Origin: Trypanosoma brucei
Lineage: Eukaryota
DNA length: 64,000 nt
Direction of reading: 5' to 3'
Assembly: GCA_000002445.1 (NCBI GenBank)
Contig: CP000066.1
Span: 1,184,001-1,248,000, forward strand
The notes under the pieces are model-generated. The model ran no database searches and was not told the DNA's origin. It saw only the letters and a program-made list of their open reading frames with translations. The translations under genes were made by a program, and so were the position numbers. This document shows, in pieces, positions 1-11,174 of the stretch. How positions within the stretch are numbered: the stretch's first letter is position 1; the number at the start of each line of letters is the position of its first letter.

Positions 1-1220
1 TTCCGACATTCGGCTGCATGCGCCTCTTGCTTTCCTCGACAAGACGGGTACAAGGCAAGCCCTAGTGCATCGATAATGAGCTCGGCATGCATGCACGCCA
101 GTGCGTAGGCTTCCTTCTTTGTTGGGGCCTTACCACAAGCAATGCGCTCGCCAAAGCGGCCATCGATAGGTAACCTAATTTGTGCAACGAACAGTTTGCC
201 ATTATCTTCATCATCAGAGGTAGCCAAGCCACTGCATGATGGGGGAGCGGCATCGCCACTGCCAGACCCCACCCTATTATCATGCTTGTGCAATGCCGTT
301 ATGCGGCAATAACGTCTAAGGAGGCAGTTGTACGATACAAAAAACTGCTTCACACGATAGACGCTACCGTGGTCCAACAGAAGCGGTGAAGCAAGCGTGA
401 GCTTCATGGGTGTGAAGGTTCCAGCAGTAACCGTGGAAAACTCGAGCTTGTCAATCTGAAGCCGCCTCTCCGCTTCTCTCATAGCACCCTCACGCACCAG
501 TTGCAGTCGTGGCGGTGACGGAGTGCTTGGAGGTAGCGGGTCATCACCGGGCATTGGGGCCCACCTTCCAGAACTACGGGCGGCCTCTGCATGCCGCTGC
601 TGCTTAGATGTTAGTTGGAACATCGGTATGCCCAGTGTATCGATAATTCGCTCTGCGTGCATGGCGGCAACAAGCTCCGCCTCCTTCGACGACGGGGCGA
701 GTCCCTCCGCCCAACGACCGCCGTAAGCACCGGGCAGAGGCACAAATAACCGCGCATGGAACAATGTATCGCCATCGCTCTCCGATGTTTGCACCTCCCG
801 CACCTCCACAGTGAGCTGTCGTGAGCTTAGCGCCCCCTGAGGGCCCGGTGCGTCCGCCGCGGATTGCACACGTTTGATGAAATTTGCCACCTTCGCCCGT
901 GCAAAGGTATCGAGAACAGTTATGGTCTCCGCGGCACCATCCTTTGGAGCGCCCTGCTCACCAGCCTCTGGGAGATTTTCGATATCTTCCTCCTCACCAT
1001 CCATGACATCAATTCCTTCAGGCGAAAGTAATTCAACCTCTAGGAGTTCAGGGCTTCCGTCGTCCATGTGGGGTGGCGGCTGCGCTTTAACATTTGTGTT
1101 ACCTCCCGCAAGATGGGGAGTAGTACCGAATATTCGGGTCCCAACTGTCGTCAAGCGGGCCCTACGCCACACCGGGCACAACAACCGGTCAGACACTCGT
1201 GACACCCACGGCCGTATCAT
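1..1220 (-). CDS. Partial CDS whose C-terminal part lies beyond the window start. It is a hypothetical protein with an internal ~20-aa repeated motif (KEAxLxAxMHAExIIDxLG, seen twice about 190 aa apart).
   Basis: Hand translation of the minus strand from an ATG at 1220..1218 (MIRPWVS...) down to position 1 found no stop codon, about 406 codons. The only listed ORFs here are short plus-strand shadow ORFs (523..726, 874..1248). A purine tract on the plus strand at 1240-1275 corresponds to a polypyrimidine tract upstream of the ATG on the coding strand. The two nucleotide segments near 62-115 and 633-686 are clearly similar. Confidence 0.5.
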   Translation of the reverse strand, partial: MIRPWVSRVSDRLLCPVWRRARLTTVGTRIFGTTPHLAGGNTNVKAQPPPHMDDGSPELLEVELLSPEGIDVMDGEEEDIENLPEAGEQGAPKDGAAETITVLDTFARAKVANFIKRVQSAADAPGPQGALSSRQLTVEVREVQTSESDGDTLFHARLFVPLPGAYGGRWAEGLAPSSKEAELVAAMHAERIIDTLGIPMFQLTSKQQRHAEAARSSGRWAPMPGDDPLPPSTPSPPRLQLVREGAMREAERRLQIDKLEFSTVTAGTFTPMKLTLASPLLLDHGSVYRVKQFFVSYNCLLRRYCRITALHKHDNRVGSGSGDAAPPSCSGLATSDDEDNGKLFVAQIRLPIDGRFGERIACGKAPTKKEAYALACMHAELIIDALGLALYPSCRGKQEAHAAECR

Positions 1221-2242
1221 TTTTCTCCGGTATACGAAAAAAAAATAAGGAGGAGGAGGAAGAAAAAGAAGGTTGCGTACGTGCTCTGCGAAATAGGTCC
1301 GACAGACACATACCGGGGGAAGAGTGACCCAACTCATGAAGTCACGCAGAAAACAAGTTCGTGTAGAGAGAAATACGCCAGTGAGCGTGTACACGTATAC
1401 TGAAAAGGGCAGAAGAAAAAAAAGTGGCCGAAGAAAACGCTCGCTGATGGAAATAAAATTTGGGGAGAGAGTGCATGAGGGAGGGACGAAAACAAGTCTG
1501 CCGTCCGGACACTACCGAACAGACGCCTTCCACGTAGGGGTGACGTGTTGACGGCGACACATGGAAAAAAGAAACGGGGAGATATAGACAAAGAGATGGG
1601 ATAGACCGCCCGTATTCGTGTGAGCTTGTCTTTCACTTCAAAAAAAAAAAACAAAAAAAAACAAAAAATAACAATAATAACGATCCGGCACAACACAGCA
1701 CATGGGGCAGTGGCCGACTGTTTTCTTCAGAACACTTATGACGCGTGAACTGCCATCTTTTTTTTTCCCCCTTCCCCTCGAAGCAGTATACCAAGTCACG
1801 GTCATCCCATTTCCCTCTTCATTTTTGTTTTATCCTTCCATTCCCCTCTCTGCTGCGAGCACTCGTCACTTGTTGCACTTGAATACTTCTATATAACCAA
1901 CCCACATATTCCTCTACGCTGTCTTGACACCTCTCTTTCATCCAATTGCGCCCGACCTCTGCCTATCTACACATTTTTAGTTTCCCCTCTCCCCCCTTGC
2001 CTTTTCCACCCCAACCATACGCATCAACTTGAGCCGAAGAACAAGCAAGCACCCGAATTCACATCCATAAGCGCCTCCTTTTTAAAAAAAAAATATATCG
2101 CACTTGCACATGTTTCATCAACTGCTTATCCGCAACGAGGATACACACACAAAAATGGAACTTTTCTTCCAGCCCCACGTTCACGCACCTCTTCCGCCCT
2201 CCCGATCGCACGAGCCGTGTAGACCACTTCTGCAACAGTAAT

Positions 2243-4852
2243 CTACTCAAAATCCTCATCGTCGTCGTCGTTCACTGCAATAATATCATCACTAGAATTG
2301 CTATCAACTTCCCCAAGCTCGGCTTTTACATCCTCTTGCTGCTCATCTCTCGGCTCACCGCAGTATTTCCCAATGGTACGGTTGATATTAAGGCAATACT
2401 CAAACGTCTCCTTCACCAACCTCTTACGAGGATAGCCAAAATTCACAGCCAGGCGCAGTGCATGCAACAATTGTAGGGGGAGCCCAACGAGCAAAACAGC
2501 GGAGATAAAAACAAATTCGCCCACCGCCTTTAGGTAGAGCTTGTAGTCCAGAAGAAGGAATGAGGCGTTGAATGCGCAGCACAGGAGCGCGGCGTTACAT
2601 GGCATCACCAGCAAAAGTAGCGCCGCCAAAAGAACGGGCAGTGCCCAAAAGACTCCCGTTGAAGCAATGAAAAACATAGCGGAAAAGATGATGAGACGGA
2701 CCTTGAGCCATGCGGGTCGCTTCTGTTCAGGAGGCAACACTCGCTCACGACGAAGAAACACAAATGCTAAGGGGACCCTCTGCGTTGGCACATCGCCTTC
2801 GCCACCTGCTTGAAGCCAGTTATCCAACGTCTGTAGCCGTTCCTTGTCAAACAGAAAGTCCTCCATGTACACCACATGCGCCGCAAGCCACACAGCTATG
2901 GCCCGCATAACTCGCAGCTGCGTCCGCTTAATGGGGAAAACCTTCAGGCACGACACGATGACTCCCGTCCCTGCTCCGAGTAGTATATTAATAGAGGAGG
3001 TCGACGAGAGAAAGTGAATGAGGGATTTGACGAAAGGAAGCGTATTGGCCAAAAGACCAGAAACCACCAACGAGGGCACTTCCAGTGGCTCCGTCAACAA
3101 CTCCTGCAACGACCCCCATCCACTCTCAAATGAACCATCAAAAGGCGGAATCACTCCGTTCGCAGGCGAATTCCCCATCAAATATTCGCCACTGTTGTGA
3201 AGAACCCACGCCAGTTTGATACCCGCAGACCCAAACACCTTCGTCGCAAGAAGGTCATTCAAGAAGAACATGGCCTGAAGCGGGAGTGCCAGAAATGCAA
3301 ACAGTGTCACAACCTCAATTAACGCCAAGCGGGGGAAGTCAAATAAAACCTGAAGGGGGTCCGAATCAAATATTTGTGCCAGTATAAAGCTCCAATAGGC
3401 GGAGTCACTGTCGACGTTTAGATCCACGCTGCGAACAAAAAACAGGTCCACACCAGGAGCAAATATGTTCACAATCACCGTTGTTTCGATGCACATCAGT
3501 AAGATGGAGGACAAAGTGCCTGACGCCCAGTACAGCAAAAGTCGAAGAAACGTGATACTCTCATTCAAAGCCGGAATGGAAGTTGGGAACGTCAATATAT
3601 GAGGGGAAAGCGCGTAGTGAATGACAAGACCTCCAATTATGGTCAGAGCAAACGAAAAGAGCGCCATTTCGGTGATGTATGTAATGAACCACTTCACTAG
3701 ATCGGAGTACGTTGCATTATGCCTCCGCTCCTGCGCCTCGTCAAATCGGCGCATGTTGTCGTTGATTTTCTTCCGCTGAAAAAGCAACCGCATAAGAACT
3801 GCACCCAGAAAAATGAGAGTGAACACCAGTACTCTCCCATACGTAAAACTAATGATGTATGCGATCGCAGTGAGTGCGCACAGCTCCATGGAGCGAAGCC
3901 ACAACATCTGACGCGTGCATCCCGTCATACTGACGACAATATCAAAATAATAATGAAGGCATTCGACCAGGGTGTATGGTGGGGGCTTCGGAGCATCATC
4001 TACCGCATCGTTAATGAATTCAGCGCGCCACTGTCCCCAACTGACCCACAAACTGCGCCACAGAGCTGTGCTGCACCAACCGAACAGCATAACACCGACC
4101 CACAACCAAACACCACTAGAGCCCCCCACCCCACCATTTGGTGCATTTGCGCGGGTGGTCGCAGTGCTGCCACCCAAATCCGCAGCAGCGCCAACATTAC
4201 CGAATGATTTGGGCGCTTGATCACCAGCATCGGCAAACACCTCCCCATGATAGAAGGCACATCCAACGGCAAACGCAATAGCGAAACCGTTAATCACCAG
4301 CCCCAGAAGAATACTTGCACATTTACAAAATAAAGGCAGATAGAGGTGCCGAACTAGTAAAACTGCTTCATGTAGAAACCCTTTGGGGAAATCTTCACTA
4401 CTAACAGAAATAACGTTGTATGTTGCATTGCAGCTCGGACATCGGACGCGGCGCTGCGAGAACACCCAATAATTGAGGCACCCGGTGTGAACTAAACCAA
4501 TCGACCCACGACAGCGGCATAAACCACTCGTTAAGCGATTTTCTGGCGTATCGGACGCCTCACGGCAGATCCAACACTCCCTGGCATCAGCAACCACCGA
4601 CGTTGTGGAATCATTTTGGCTCCCCGAAGGACCCACCGGCTCAATTCCCCTTGTGATTTGTGTTGAATTCCTTTCTTTACTGTCAACCATCTCCACACTG
4701 TCACGATGCGGAGAGGCTCCACATGCGTCCTCATGTGCAACTTCAACATAAGCACCGTCGCTGATTCCTCTTGCCTCCACTGCACCTTGAGGTGATGATG
4801 CACCATTTGGCCCCAATGTCCTTAGCTGCAGCGGTGCGTCCATACCACTCAA
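2243..4852 (-). CDS. Multipass membrane protein with an N-terminal RING-CH (C4HC3, MARCH-type) zinc finger. Possibly a Doa10/MARCH6-like ER membrane E3 ubiquitin ligase.
   Basis: The 869-aa ORF contains CWICREASDTPENRLTSGLCRCRGSIGLVHTGCLNYWVFSQRRVRCPSCNATY near residue 95, which matches the RING-CH cysteine/histidine spacing. It is followed by at least 10 hydrophobic helical segments. Confidence 0.55.
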   Translation of the reverse strand: MSGMDAPLQLRTLGPNGASSPQGAVEARGISDGAYVEVAHEDACGASPHRDSVEMVDSKERNSTQITRGIEPVGPSGSQNDSTTSVVADARECWICREASDTPENRLTSGLCRCRGSIGLVHTGCLNYWVFSQRRVRCPSCNATYNVISVSSEDFPKGFLHEAVLLVRHLYLPLFCKCASILLGLVINGFAIAFAVGCAFYHGEVFADAGDQAPKSFGNVGAAADLGGSTATTRANAPNGGVGGSSGVWLWVGVMLFGWCSTALWRSLWVSWGQWRAEFINDAVDDAPKPPPYTLVECLHYYFDIVVSMTGCTRQMLWLRSMELCALTAIAYIISFTYGRVLVFTLIFLGAVLMRLLFQRKKINDNMRRFDEAQERRHNATYSDLVKWFITYITEMALFSFALTIIGGLVIHYALSPHILTFPTSIPALNESITFLRLLLYWASGTLSSILLMCIETTVIVNIFAPGVDLFFVRSVDLNVDSDSAYWSFILAQIFDSDPLQVLFDFPRLALIEVVTLFAFLALPLQAMFFLNDLLATKVFGSAGIKLAWVLHNSGEYLMGNSPANGVIPPFDGSFESGWGSLQELLTEPLEVPSLVVSGLLANTLPFVKSLIHFLSSTSSINILLGAGTGVIVSCLKVFPIKRTQLRVMRAIAVWLAAHVVYMEDFLFDKERLQTLDNWLQAGGEGDVPTQRVPLAFVFLRRERVLPPEQKRPAWLKVRLIIFSAMFFIASTGVFWALPVLLAALLLLVMPCNAALLCCAFNASFLLLDYKLYLKAVGEFVFISAVLLVGLPLQLLHALRLAVNFGYPRKRLVKETFEYCLNINRTIGKYCGEPRDEQQEDVKAELGEVDSNSSDDIIAVNDDDDEDFE

Positions 4853-5737
4853 CTAAATAATGCACCCCTGCTTCCGTAACCGCTTGCCTTTCACAAAAAT
4901 AGTAATAATAATAATAATAGCAGCAATAAATCCCTCGCTCACTCGAGGCTTTAAGATATAAAAAACCCTTTGCCACAGTGAACTTCCGTATGTTTCACAC
5001 GAAAAGCTGGGTAAGAGGATAGACCTGCCCTCTCCTCTACTCAACTTCGCTGGCGGTTTGTGAACACGCTTCAAATCATTCCGGTGAGATGTGTGAGATT
5101 TTAAAAGAAGAAAGAAACAAAAAAAATAGGCGGATGATTAGGAATAAAAGCAAACAACCAAACAAATGAGTCTCCCCCGCGCGCAAGCCGAAACCCATCA
5201 GAGACGTACAGAGACACACAGTCAGAGAGAGAGAGTGAATGATCCAAGAGCAGTAGCGCATGAAAAATAAACATAAGAAGGGTGATTTCATTAACGTTGC
5301 TCGTGTTTCTTTCCTTTTGTTTTTTACTTATCTCGTGAAAGCATAGAAACAAGACACGGAGCAAACCCTTTCGGACCGAAAACTCACAGCAACGAAACGG
5401 CGTAAAAAGGAAAAAGAAGAAAAGAAAAGAAATCATCAATGGGTCAAAGAACCCCTTGCAAACACAAGGCCACAACTAGAGAAACAAGAACGTCATTTAT
5501 GCCAATCAAAAAGAAACAAGCACAGGCCAAACCGTTTAGCAAAACAACCAAGTAGCCGTGAAGAGAATAGGAAAAGAAAAAAAAGTTACCCCTCACAACA
5601 GAAAACCAAGATGAAAAAGAAAAAGATAGGAATGACGAAAAGTTTTGGAAGGATCACTCACGTTCGTTACGAGGACAGCAAAAAAAAAACATACATGGGC
5701 ATACAACCACCTGAACATACTTATTGATCACGGACGT

Positions 5738-5773
5738 ATATATGTATGTATATATATATATATATATATATAT
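5738..5773. repeat. (TA)n / (TATG)n microsatellite. Similar (TA)n tracts occur at about 12389-12406, 14614-14642 (followed by (GT)n), 17361-17376, 17824-17844, 18474-18500, 18637-18659 and 35465-35478.
   Basis: Direct reading of dinucleotide runs in intergenic regions. Confidence 0.85.
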
Positions 5774-6316
5774 GCACATACGCAAACAAAAAAAACAAAA
5801 AACGAATTCCCTCCCTTTTTCTCTCCCCCCGTCTGCTTGTCTATCTGTTTGTTGCTGTTGTTGTCGTTTTCACATATTTGGAGTTTGCCTCGCATGTTGG
5901 AGGTTCAAATTTTACGAAAGAGAGGAATAGGAAGGGGAAACACACCTGCACGACGACAATGGCGGGAATAATACTAGTAGGGACGACAGCGATGATGATA
6001 ATGACAACAATAATAATAATATTATTATTATTATTTAAAGCAGTGAGAGATACACATGACGGGCAGCTGCTTCCATCAAAAGTATGTGGTAAACATACAT
6101 GCTGATGCCTTGAGGAAGATACGAATTTTGTCAACCACTTCGTTGCTGATGTTCCTTTTAATTTTACTTTTTTTCCCCTCTTCTTTATGCATATGAACAC
6201 ATGTCTCATTGTAGCCTATCCTTTTCCGCTTCCTTTCGGCACATGAACCGAACGCTATTCGAATGCTAGTCATCTTTGACTTTCTTTTTCTTTCTTTTGT
6301 TTCGCGCTCACTTTCT

Positions 6317-9300
6317 TCATGGTAGTCTTTCCATCTCAATATATTCTTCCCTTCCGATATAAGTGTTTTCACTACTCCCTTCCCTATTCTCCGACCTCAT
6401 GACCCCTTCACAACCCCGCTGGTGCGTTTGCGCCCCTTTTCCCTTTTCCACAATCACTTCGGTATCACCGGCGGCGGAATAACCCGTGCCACTCATTAAT
6501 GCTTGCCCGGAGGCTGACGTTTCTAAGGAACTATCGGGAGTATTACGGCGTAACTTATACATCACCAAGCCAGCAGCAACTACCAACAGAGAAATCAGAA
6601 GTATGGAAACAACGAAAAGAATTCCGATCGTGCGGGCGACGTCTTGGAACCCAATACCAGTTTCGTTCACGTCGCCTTCAAATCCTAATGGCGGGATCCC
6701 CGACGCCATAAACTTTCTGCAATAGAGGAAGAATTGCTGACGGTGGCTGGACTCAACCATCGACAACTCATCAGCAAATTCGCTAAAAAGAACTTGGGCG
6801 CCGGGCCTGCCCTGCTCGGGATAAACGGCCAGACGAAAAGAGGGGACATCCTGCACTTTATTCTGCGATGAGGCATTGTGAACGAGAGTCATGAATACTT
6901 GTGCTGTGGATTCCCCTATAAGTAGTGAGCGGCCTATGGTCATCCGCAAGTACCTGCATGTGGGCCCCATTTCGACCTTCTCTTCACTAAGGACAGACAC
7001 GATTGAATCGCCCCTAATGGTACCGTTACGGTAGTTACCAGTATCCACACTAGTTTTGTGCAAAAGTCTGACCACTAACCCCAACCCATTGCTCGGTACA
7101 CGGTGCAACCCATCCTCAAAGTGCATGTGTACATTAAGGTGGGGTGCTGATCCGTTGACGTTGGTGAAAAGTATGGAGCTCTCAGCATTAACTGAGACAT
7201 TGAAGCGGGTGACATTGTTAAGGTTATTCAAATCAACTGTGATGGACTCCGCTTTGGTTTCTTCCGTTGGCGCATTTTCGCACATCCAACCCGTGTTGTT
7301 AACGTGGCACATGCAGAACCCACCACCCAAGTCGCTGCAACTGGCACCCTCAACGCAGTTGAACGTGCAGCTGGGATCGTTAGGCTCAACAAAGCTGTAG
7401 CGTATTTTAAATCCCTCCCGCCTCCGGGACCAACCTGAGGTGAAATGGAGGAGGACAACGTTCGAATGAGATAGAAACACGGCTCCCTGGGCAGTGTCAC
7501 CTGTGTCTGTACGGACAGGTGCAGATTCATCATGCCCCAAATCGGTCACATGGAGCGCGTCCGACGGCTTGTCCACGTTGAACTTCTCATACACAAGCTT
7601 TATGCGGTAACCACGCGGCGCCTCAACAATCCACCGACAAAACGTCACAGGTGCGTACTTGCCAAACCCATTAATCTCAATATACCCCTCGCTGGGAGCA
7701 GTTACTAAAGTGGGGAACCCGTCCTCGGCACACCAATGACTGCGTTCGTTGCATAATTCACCGTGGAAGTTGGGACAGCAATACTCACAGTTGGGCCCGG
7801 TGAAACAACCCTCCCCGCCAACCCGCGTATCCGCTCGACATTTGCACTCCCCCGAATTTTCATCACATTCCCCTCTTCCACTGCATTTGCAGTCCGATAA
7901 GCATGATGGGCCGTACCACCCCTTTTTGCAACTGGAGCAACTGGCATCGGCAAAATTCTCGCTAATGCATTCACATCCGCTTTCCGGCGAGGTACATGTA
8001 CCCTGCCCGTGGCACACAGACTCTGCATCGCACACAGAGCAATCAATGAAGCGATATCCTTCATTACACCTGCATGTGCCGCTGTTGCAGGTCCCGTGGC
8101 CACTACAACCGTTCGGGCAGGTGTGGCTAACTTCTTCACAGTTCCTAACATGTTCAAAGCCCTCGGCAGACACAACGACAGCGTACGGTTGTGTCTTATT
8201 ATCGGGAATGGAAGCCCCAAAGACGACAACACGGAACCCATTGTCCATGTCGCTCGTAGACATCAACTGTATTCGCTCTACCACATTAGAAGAATCACGT
8301 CTCTTTTCCCCTCCGGCGTGGTAAATAGTCCCTTTAGAGTCAGTGACAAAAAGATCCAAATCGTTCACGAGCGATTTGCGAGCGCCTTCGAGAGCAACGC
8401 CTCGGTCAGTCCACGCAAGTGATACCCGCACGGAGCGCTGAGAGTCAGTTTGATCTGCCTTCTTCTTAAAGCAGTACACATTTGTTCCGTGGTGGCTGAT
8501 ATCTTCTCTGTCGCGGAACCATCCCCTTGTGCCCGTTGGGGAAAAGAAGAGAGATAAATCAAGACGGCCAAAGCCACTCACGGTGGAGTTACTCAACGGC
8601 ACCGTAGAGTGGACCATCAGAGCTTTCAGCAAAGCAGCAGAAGGTGAAGCAGTTCGATTTAGCCTCCGTACATACTGACGCAACAGTGTAGCGGCGCCCG
8701 CGACGGCCGCAGTTGCCATCGATGAACCCCGCTTGGCCACCACTTTACATTGTTTTGCTGATGCTTTGCCAGAGGAAAGAGCAGACACCACCTCTTCCCC
8801 GGGACCGACAAGATCGGGTTTCATCCTACCGTCGTATGTTGGACCATGCGAAGAAAACGAAGAAACAATGTCTTTCGAAGCGTCAAACACGTTTTTGTGT
8901 GACCCCACGCACATCACGTTCTTACCACGACACGGAGTCATTAGGCCATCTTGGATACTGTTGCCAGTGGAGAAGATAAGTAGCGCATCGTCATAACTAC
9001 TCGCAAACTCATCCATATCCTTTTCCACAGCAGAATACTCGGAGGGAGCAACAAAACCCCACGAGTTTGAGAACACACGGGCTCCAGCGCCATATCCGGG
9101 ACGAATAATTTGAGTAACGTCGTGGGGGAGGACAAGCTCTGACTGGGATGGGCAGCCCAACCCCCTGAAGAAAATCTTCGCCCCCTTGGCGACACCATTA
9201 TACTTGGCATTACCGTCGTTACTAATAACACTCCCCGCTGCGGTACCTGCCACGTGCGTGCCATGACCTATTTCCTCATCCCCAGCAAAGTAATCCCCCC

Positions 9301-10489
9301 GGATGAAGTCACACGGGGCAAATGACACGATTTTGCGGTGGTTATAGTTAACCTTCGGGTAAAGCGCCACCTCTTGATTTGGATCGTGGAAGAAACAGCT
9401 GTTAAAGTCGATACCCGTATCGGCTACCCCTATTATCTCACCACTACCGTCAATACCAGCATCCCACAAGGGCCTTGAAGGATGATCCTCACTCTGTCTA
9501 CTTTGCTGTAAAAGGGCAGTGGCATGATAGTTGTGCATTTGCGCCTGCTCTACTGCAATTTCCATCCAGCGCACCGCCTGATGGCCAACCACCGCGTCAA
9601 GGAGTGGTGCACAAGCGCACATAAGCGTGATCTTCTGCCCAGTGACCGGCCCATCCCCCGAATCAGTTGAGGCGCGGGTAAGCGACCACCGTACAATCCC
9701 TTTACCAGAAACTAATGATGTCACCTCCCACTTGCAACCCGAAACTTCGTCTAACGACACTCCCCGCAGCGCCTCCTCCACAACGTGCTCTCGATTAGGA
9801 GCAGTGCGGGTATTAAGCGAGACTCGCATCTGGTTCTTTTCTGAGGTAACCTGGTTCTTATTTCCGCACTCAACCAATGCACCGCGGATCACGCGTGACA
9901 GTTTCATGCGGGCCACACCTGGAGAAGAGAAAATATCCAATACTGACATGGAGGTTAGTGACGCCGCGGCGCCACTAGCTTCAAAGGCGGAAAGGATCCG
10001 TGCGGAACGCTCGGAATCCATATAAACTAGCATATGCATGTCGTCAATGTGATGTGCGTCACCTAAACTGTGTTCCGCCAGCGCCTGTCGGGCTATCCGG
10101 CGCTCATGGTGACGCAGCTTATCAAACCGAGCCACAACGTATCGACCGTCATGTGGTACCAAGGAAGACCGATGATCCGCCGTCTGTCCTATCATTCCTT
10201 CAATAGGCAAATGCATACTGGCGCGCGTTCCGACATAAGATTTTACCGTGCGACTCGTTGTGTTGCCAGTTGGTCGACGCTGCCTTACGAACCAGTGAAG
10301 CGGAACTTCGTGTTTTCTTGTCCACTCTGAGTGGAGCCACTTCTGCAGTGGTGAACGTTTTTTATGATTCCTCCCCTCCGCTGCTGTTTTTACCGAGGCG
10401 CACAAGGCGGGACGACAGAGAGTCACATAGAGTACAACGGTGATGAGTGAGAGCAGTCGCAGATGGTTTTGACTGGACGACATGAACAC
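6317..10489 (-). CDS. Subtilisin-like serine peptidase (S8 family) that is a type I membrane protein. It has a signal peptide, a catalytic domain, a Cys-rich EGF-like region, a CUB-like module, a transmembrane helix and a cytoplasmic tail.
   Basis: The 1390-aa ORF has an N-terminal signal peptide (LLSLITVVLYVTLCRPALCA). The S8 motifs are all present: GVADTGID (Asp), HGTHVAGTAAG (His), FSTGNS (Asn) and GSSMATAAVAGAATLL (Ser). There is a cluster of CxxC/EGF-like cysteine spacings (CPNGCSGHGTCNSGTCRC...), a CUB-like segment (FCRWIVEAPRGYRIKLVYEKF) and a C-terminal transmembrane helix (ILFVVSILLISLLVVAAGLVMY) followed by a basic tail. Confidence 0.7.
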   Translation of the reverse strand: MFMSSSQNHLRLLSLITVVLYVTLCRPALCASVKTAAEGRNHKKRSPLQKWLHSEWTRKHEVPLHWFVRQRRPTGNTTSRTVKSYVGTRASMHLPIEGMIGQTADHRSSLVPHDGRYVVARFDKLRHHERRIARQALAEHSLGDAHHIDDMHMLVYMDSERSARILSAFEASGAAASLTSMSVLDIFSSPGVARMKLSRVIRGALVECGNKNQVTSEKNQMRVSLNTRTAPNREHVVEEALRGVSLDEVSGCKWEVTSLVSGKGIVRWSLTRASTDSGDGPVTGQKITLMCACAPLLDAVVGHQAVRWMEIAVEQAQMHNYHATALLQQSRQSEDHPSRPLWDAGIDGSGEIIGVADTGIDFNSCFFHDPNQEVALYPKVNYNHRKIVSFAPCDFIRGDYFAGDEEIGHGTHVAGTAAGSVISNDGNAKYNGVAKGAKIFFRGLGCPSQSELVLPHDVTQIIRPGYGAGARVFSNSWGFVAPSEYSAVEKDMDEFASSYDDALLIFSTGNSIQDGLMTPCRGKNVMCVGSHKNVFDASKDIVSSFSSHGPTYDGRMKPDLVGPGEEVVSALSSGKASAKQCKVVAKRGSSMATAAVAGAATLLRQYVRRLNRTASPSAALLKALMVHSTVPLSNSTVSGFGRLDLSLFFSPTGTRGWFRDREDISHHGTNVYCFKKKADQTDSQRSVRVSLAWTDRGVALEGARKSLVNDLDLFVTDSKGTIYHAGGEKRRDSSNVVERIQLMSTSDMDNGFRVVVFGASIPDNKTQPYAVVVSAEGFEHVRNCEEVSHTCPNGCSGHGTCNSGTCRCNEGYRFIDCSVCDAESVCHGQGTCTSPESGCECISENFADASCSSCKKGWYGPSCLSDCKCSGRGECDENSGECKCRADTRVGGEGCFTGPNCEYCCPNFHGELCNERSHWCAEDGFPTLVTAPSEGYIEINGFGKYAPVTFCRWIVEAPRGYRIKLVYEKFNVDKPSDALHVTDLGHDESAPVRTDTGDTAQGAVFLSHSNVVLLHFTSGWSRRREGFKIRYSFVEPNDPSCTFNCVEGASCSDLGGGFCMCHVNNTGWMCENAPTEETKAESITVDLNNLNNVTRFNVSVNAESSILFTNVNGSAPHLNVHMHFEDGLHRVPSNGLGLVVRLLHKTSVDTGNYRNGTIRGDSIVSVLSEEKVEMGPTCRYLRMTIGRSLLIGESTAQVFMTLVHNASSQNKVQDVPSFRLAVYPEQGRPGAQVLFSEFADELSMVESSHRQQFFLYCRKFMASGIPPLGFEGDVNETGIGFQDVARTIGILFVVSILLISLLVVAAGLVMYKLRRNTPDSSLETSASGQALMSGTGYSAAGDTEVIVEKGKGAQTHQRGCEGVMRSENREGSSENTYIGREEYIEMERLP

Positions 10490-11174
10490 GGACCGTGCGA
10501 AATGAACTTCTTTTCCTTTTCGGCTTTATCGAATTTGTTTTCTTTTTTTTTTTTGCTCCCCTTTTCCTCCCCCTTTAACTTTGTCTCTTTAATCCTTTTC
10601 ACTCTGATCACTGAATCAAGGCTACACAGAGTATAGGGTACTTCCGACTACGAGAAAAAAACGACACTAATACTGATTTATTGGAGAATGCCTCTTTCTT
10701 TTTTCTTTTGAGATGTCCTAATGAGCAACAACGACAACAACAAAATATTTCGCTTTCGCCTTTGTTGTTATCCCTGAAAAGGAGGGAACCTCTTTCTTTT
10801 TTCTTGTATTTACGTGTGGTCTTCCCTTTCCCTCTCCTTCACTCAGCTCAAACCTATACTAGGTGAGCCAACGCCACCCAACACTACCGTAATATACCAC
10901 TAAGCACTCAGCGATTGGTGAGAACTACTACACACACACACACATACATACATACATAACAGAGGTTGAACAAAGAAAAAAGGAAGAAGGGAAGAAGTTA
11001 AAAAGCCCCCATCGAAGGAAATCAGCGATATGCGACAGTAAAAAAGATTAAAAAAAAACAACGTGCACACACGTGGTTCCCTCTGAGTGTCATCCGTAAA
11101 TCGACCAAGTTTTTGACTGCGTGACATATTTGCATCAGCGTGTCCTCTCATCATCACGCGTCTGCCTGCGATAA

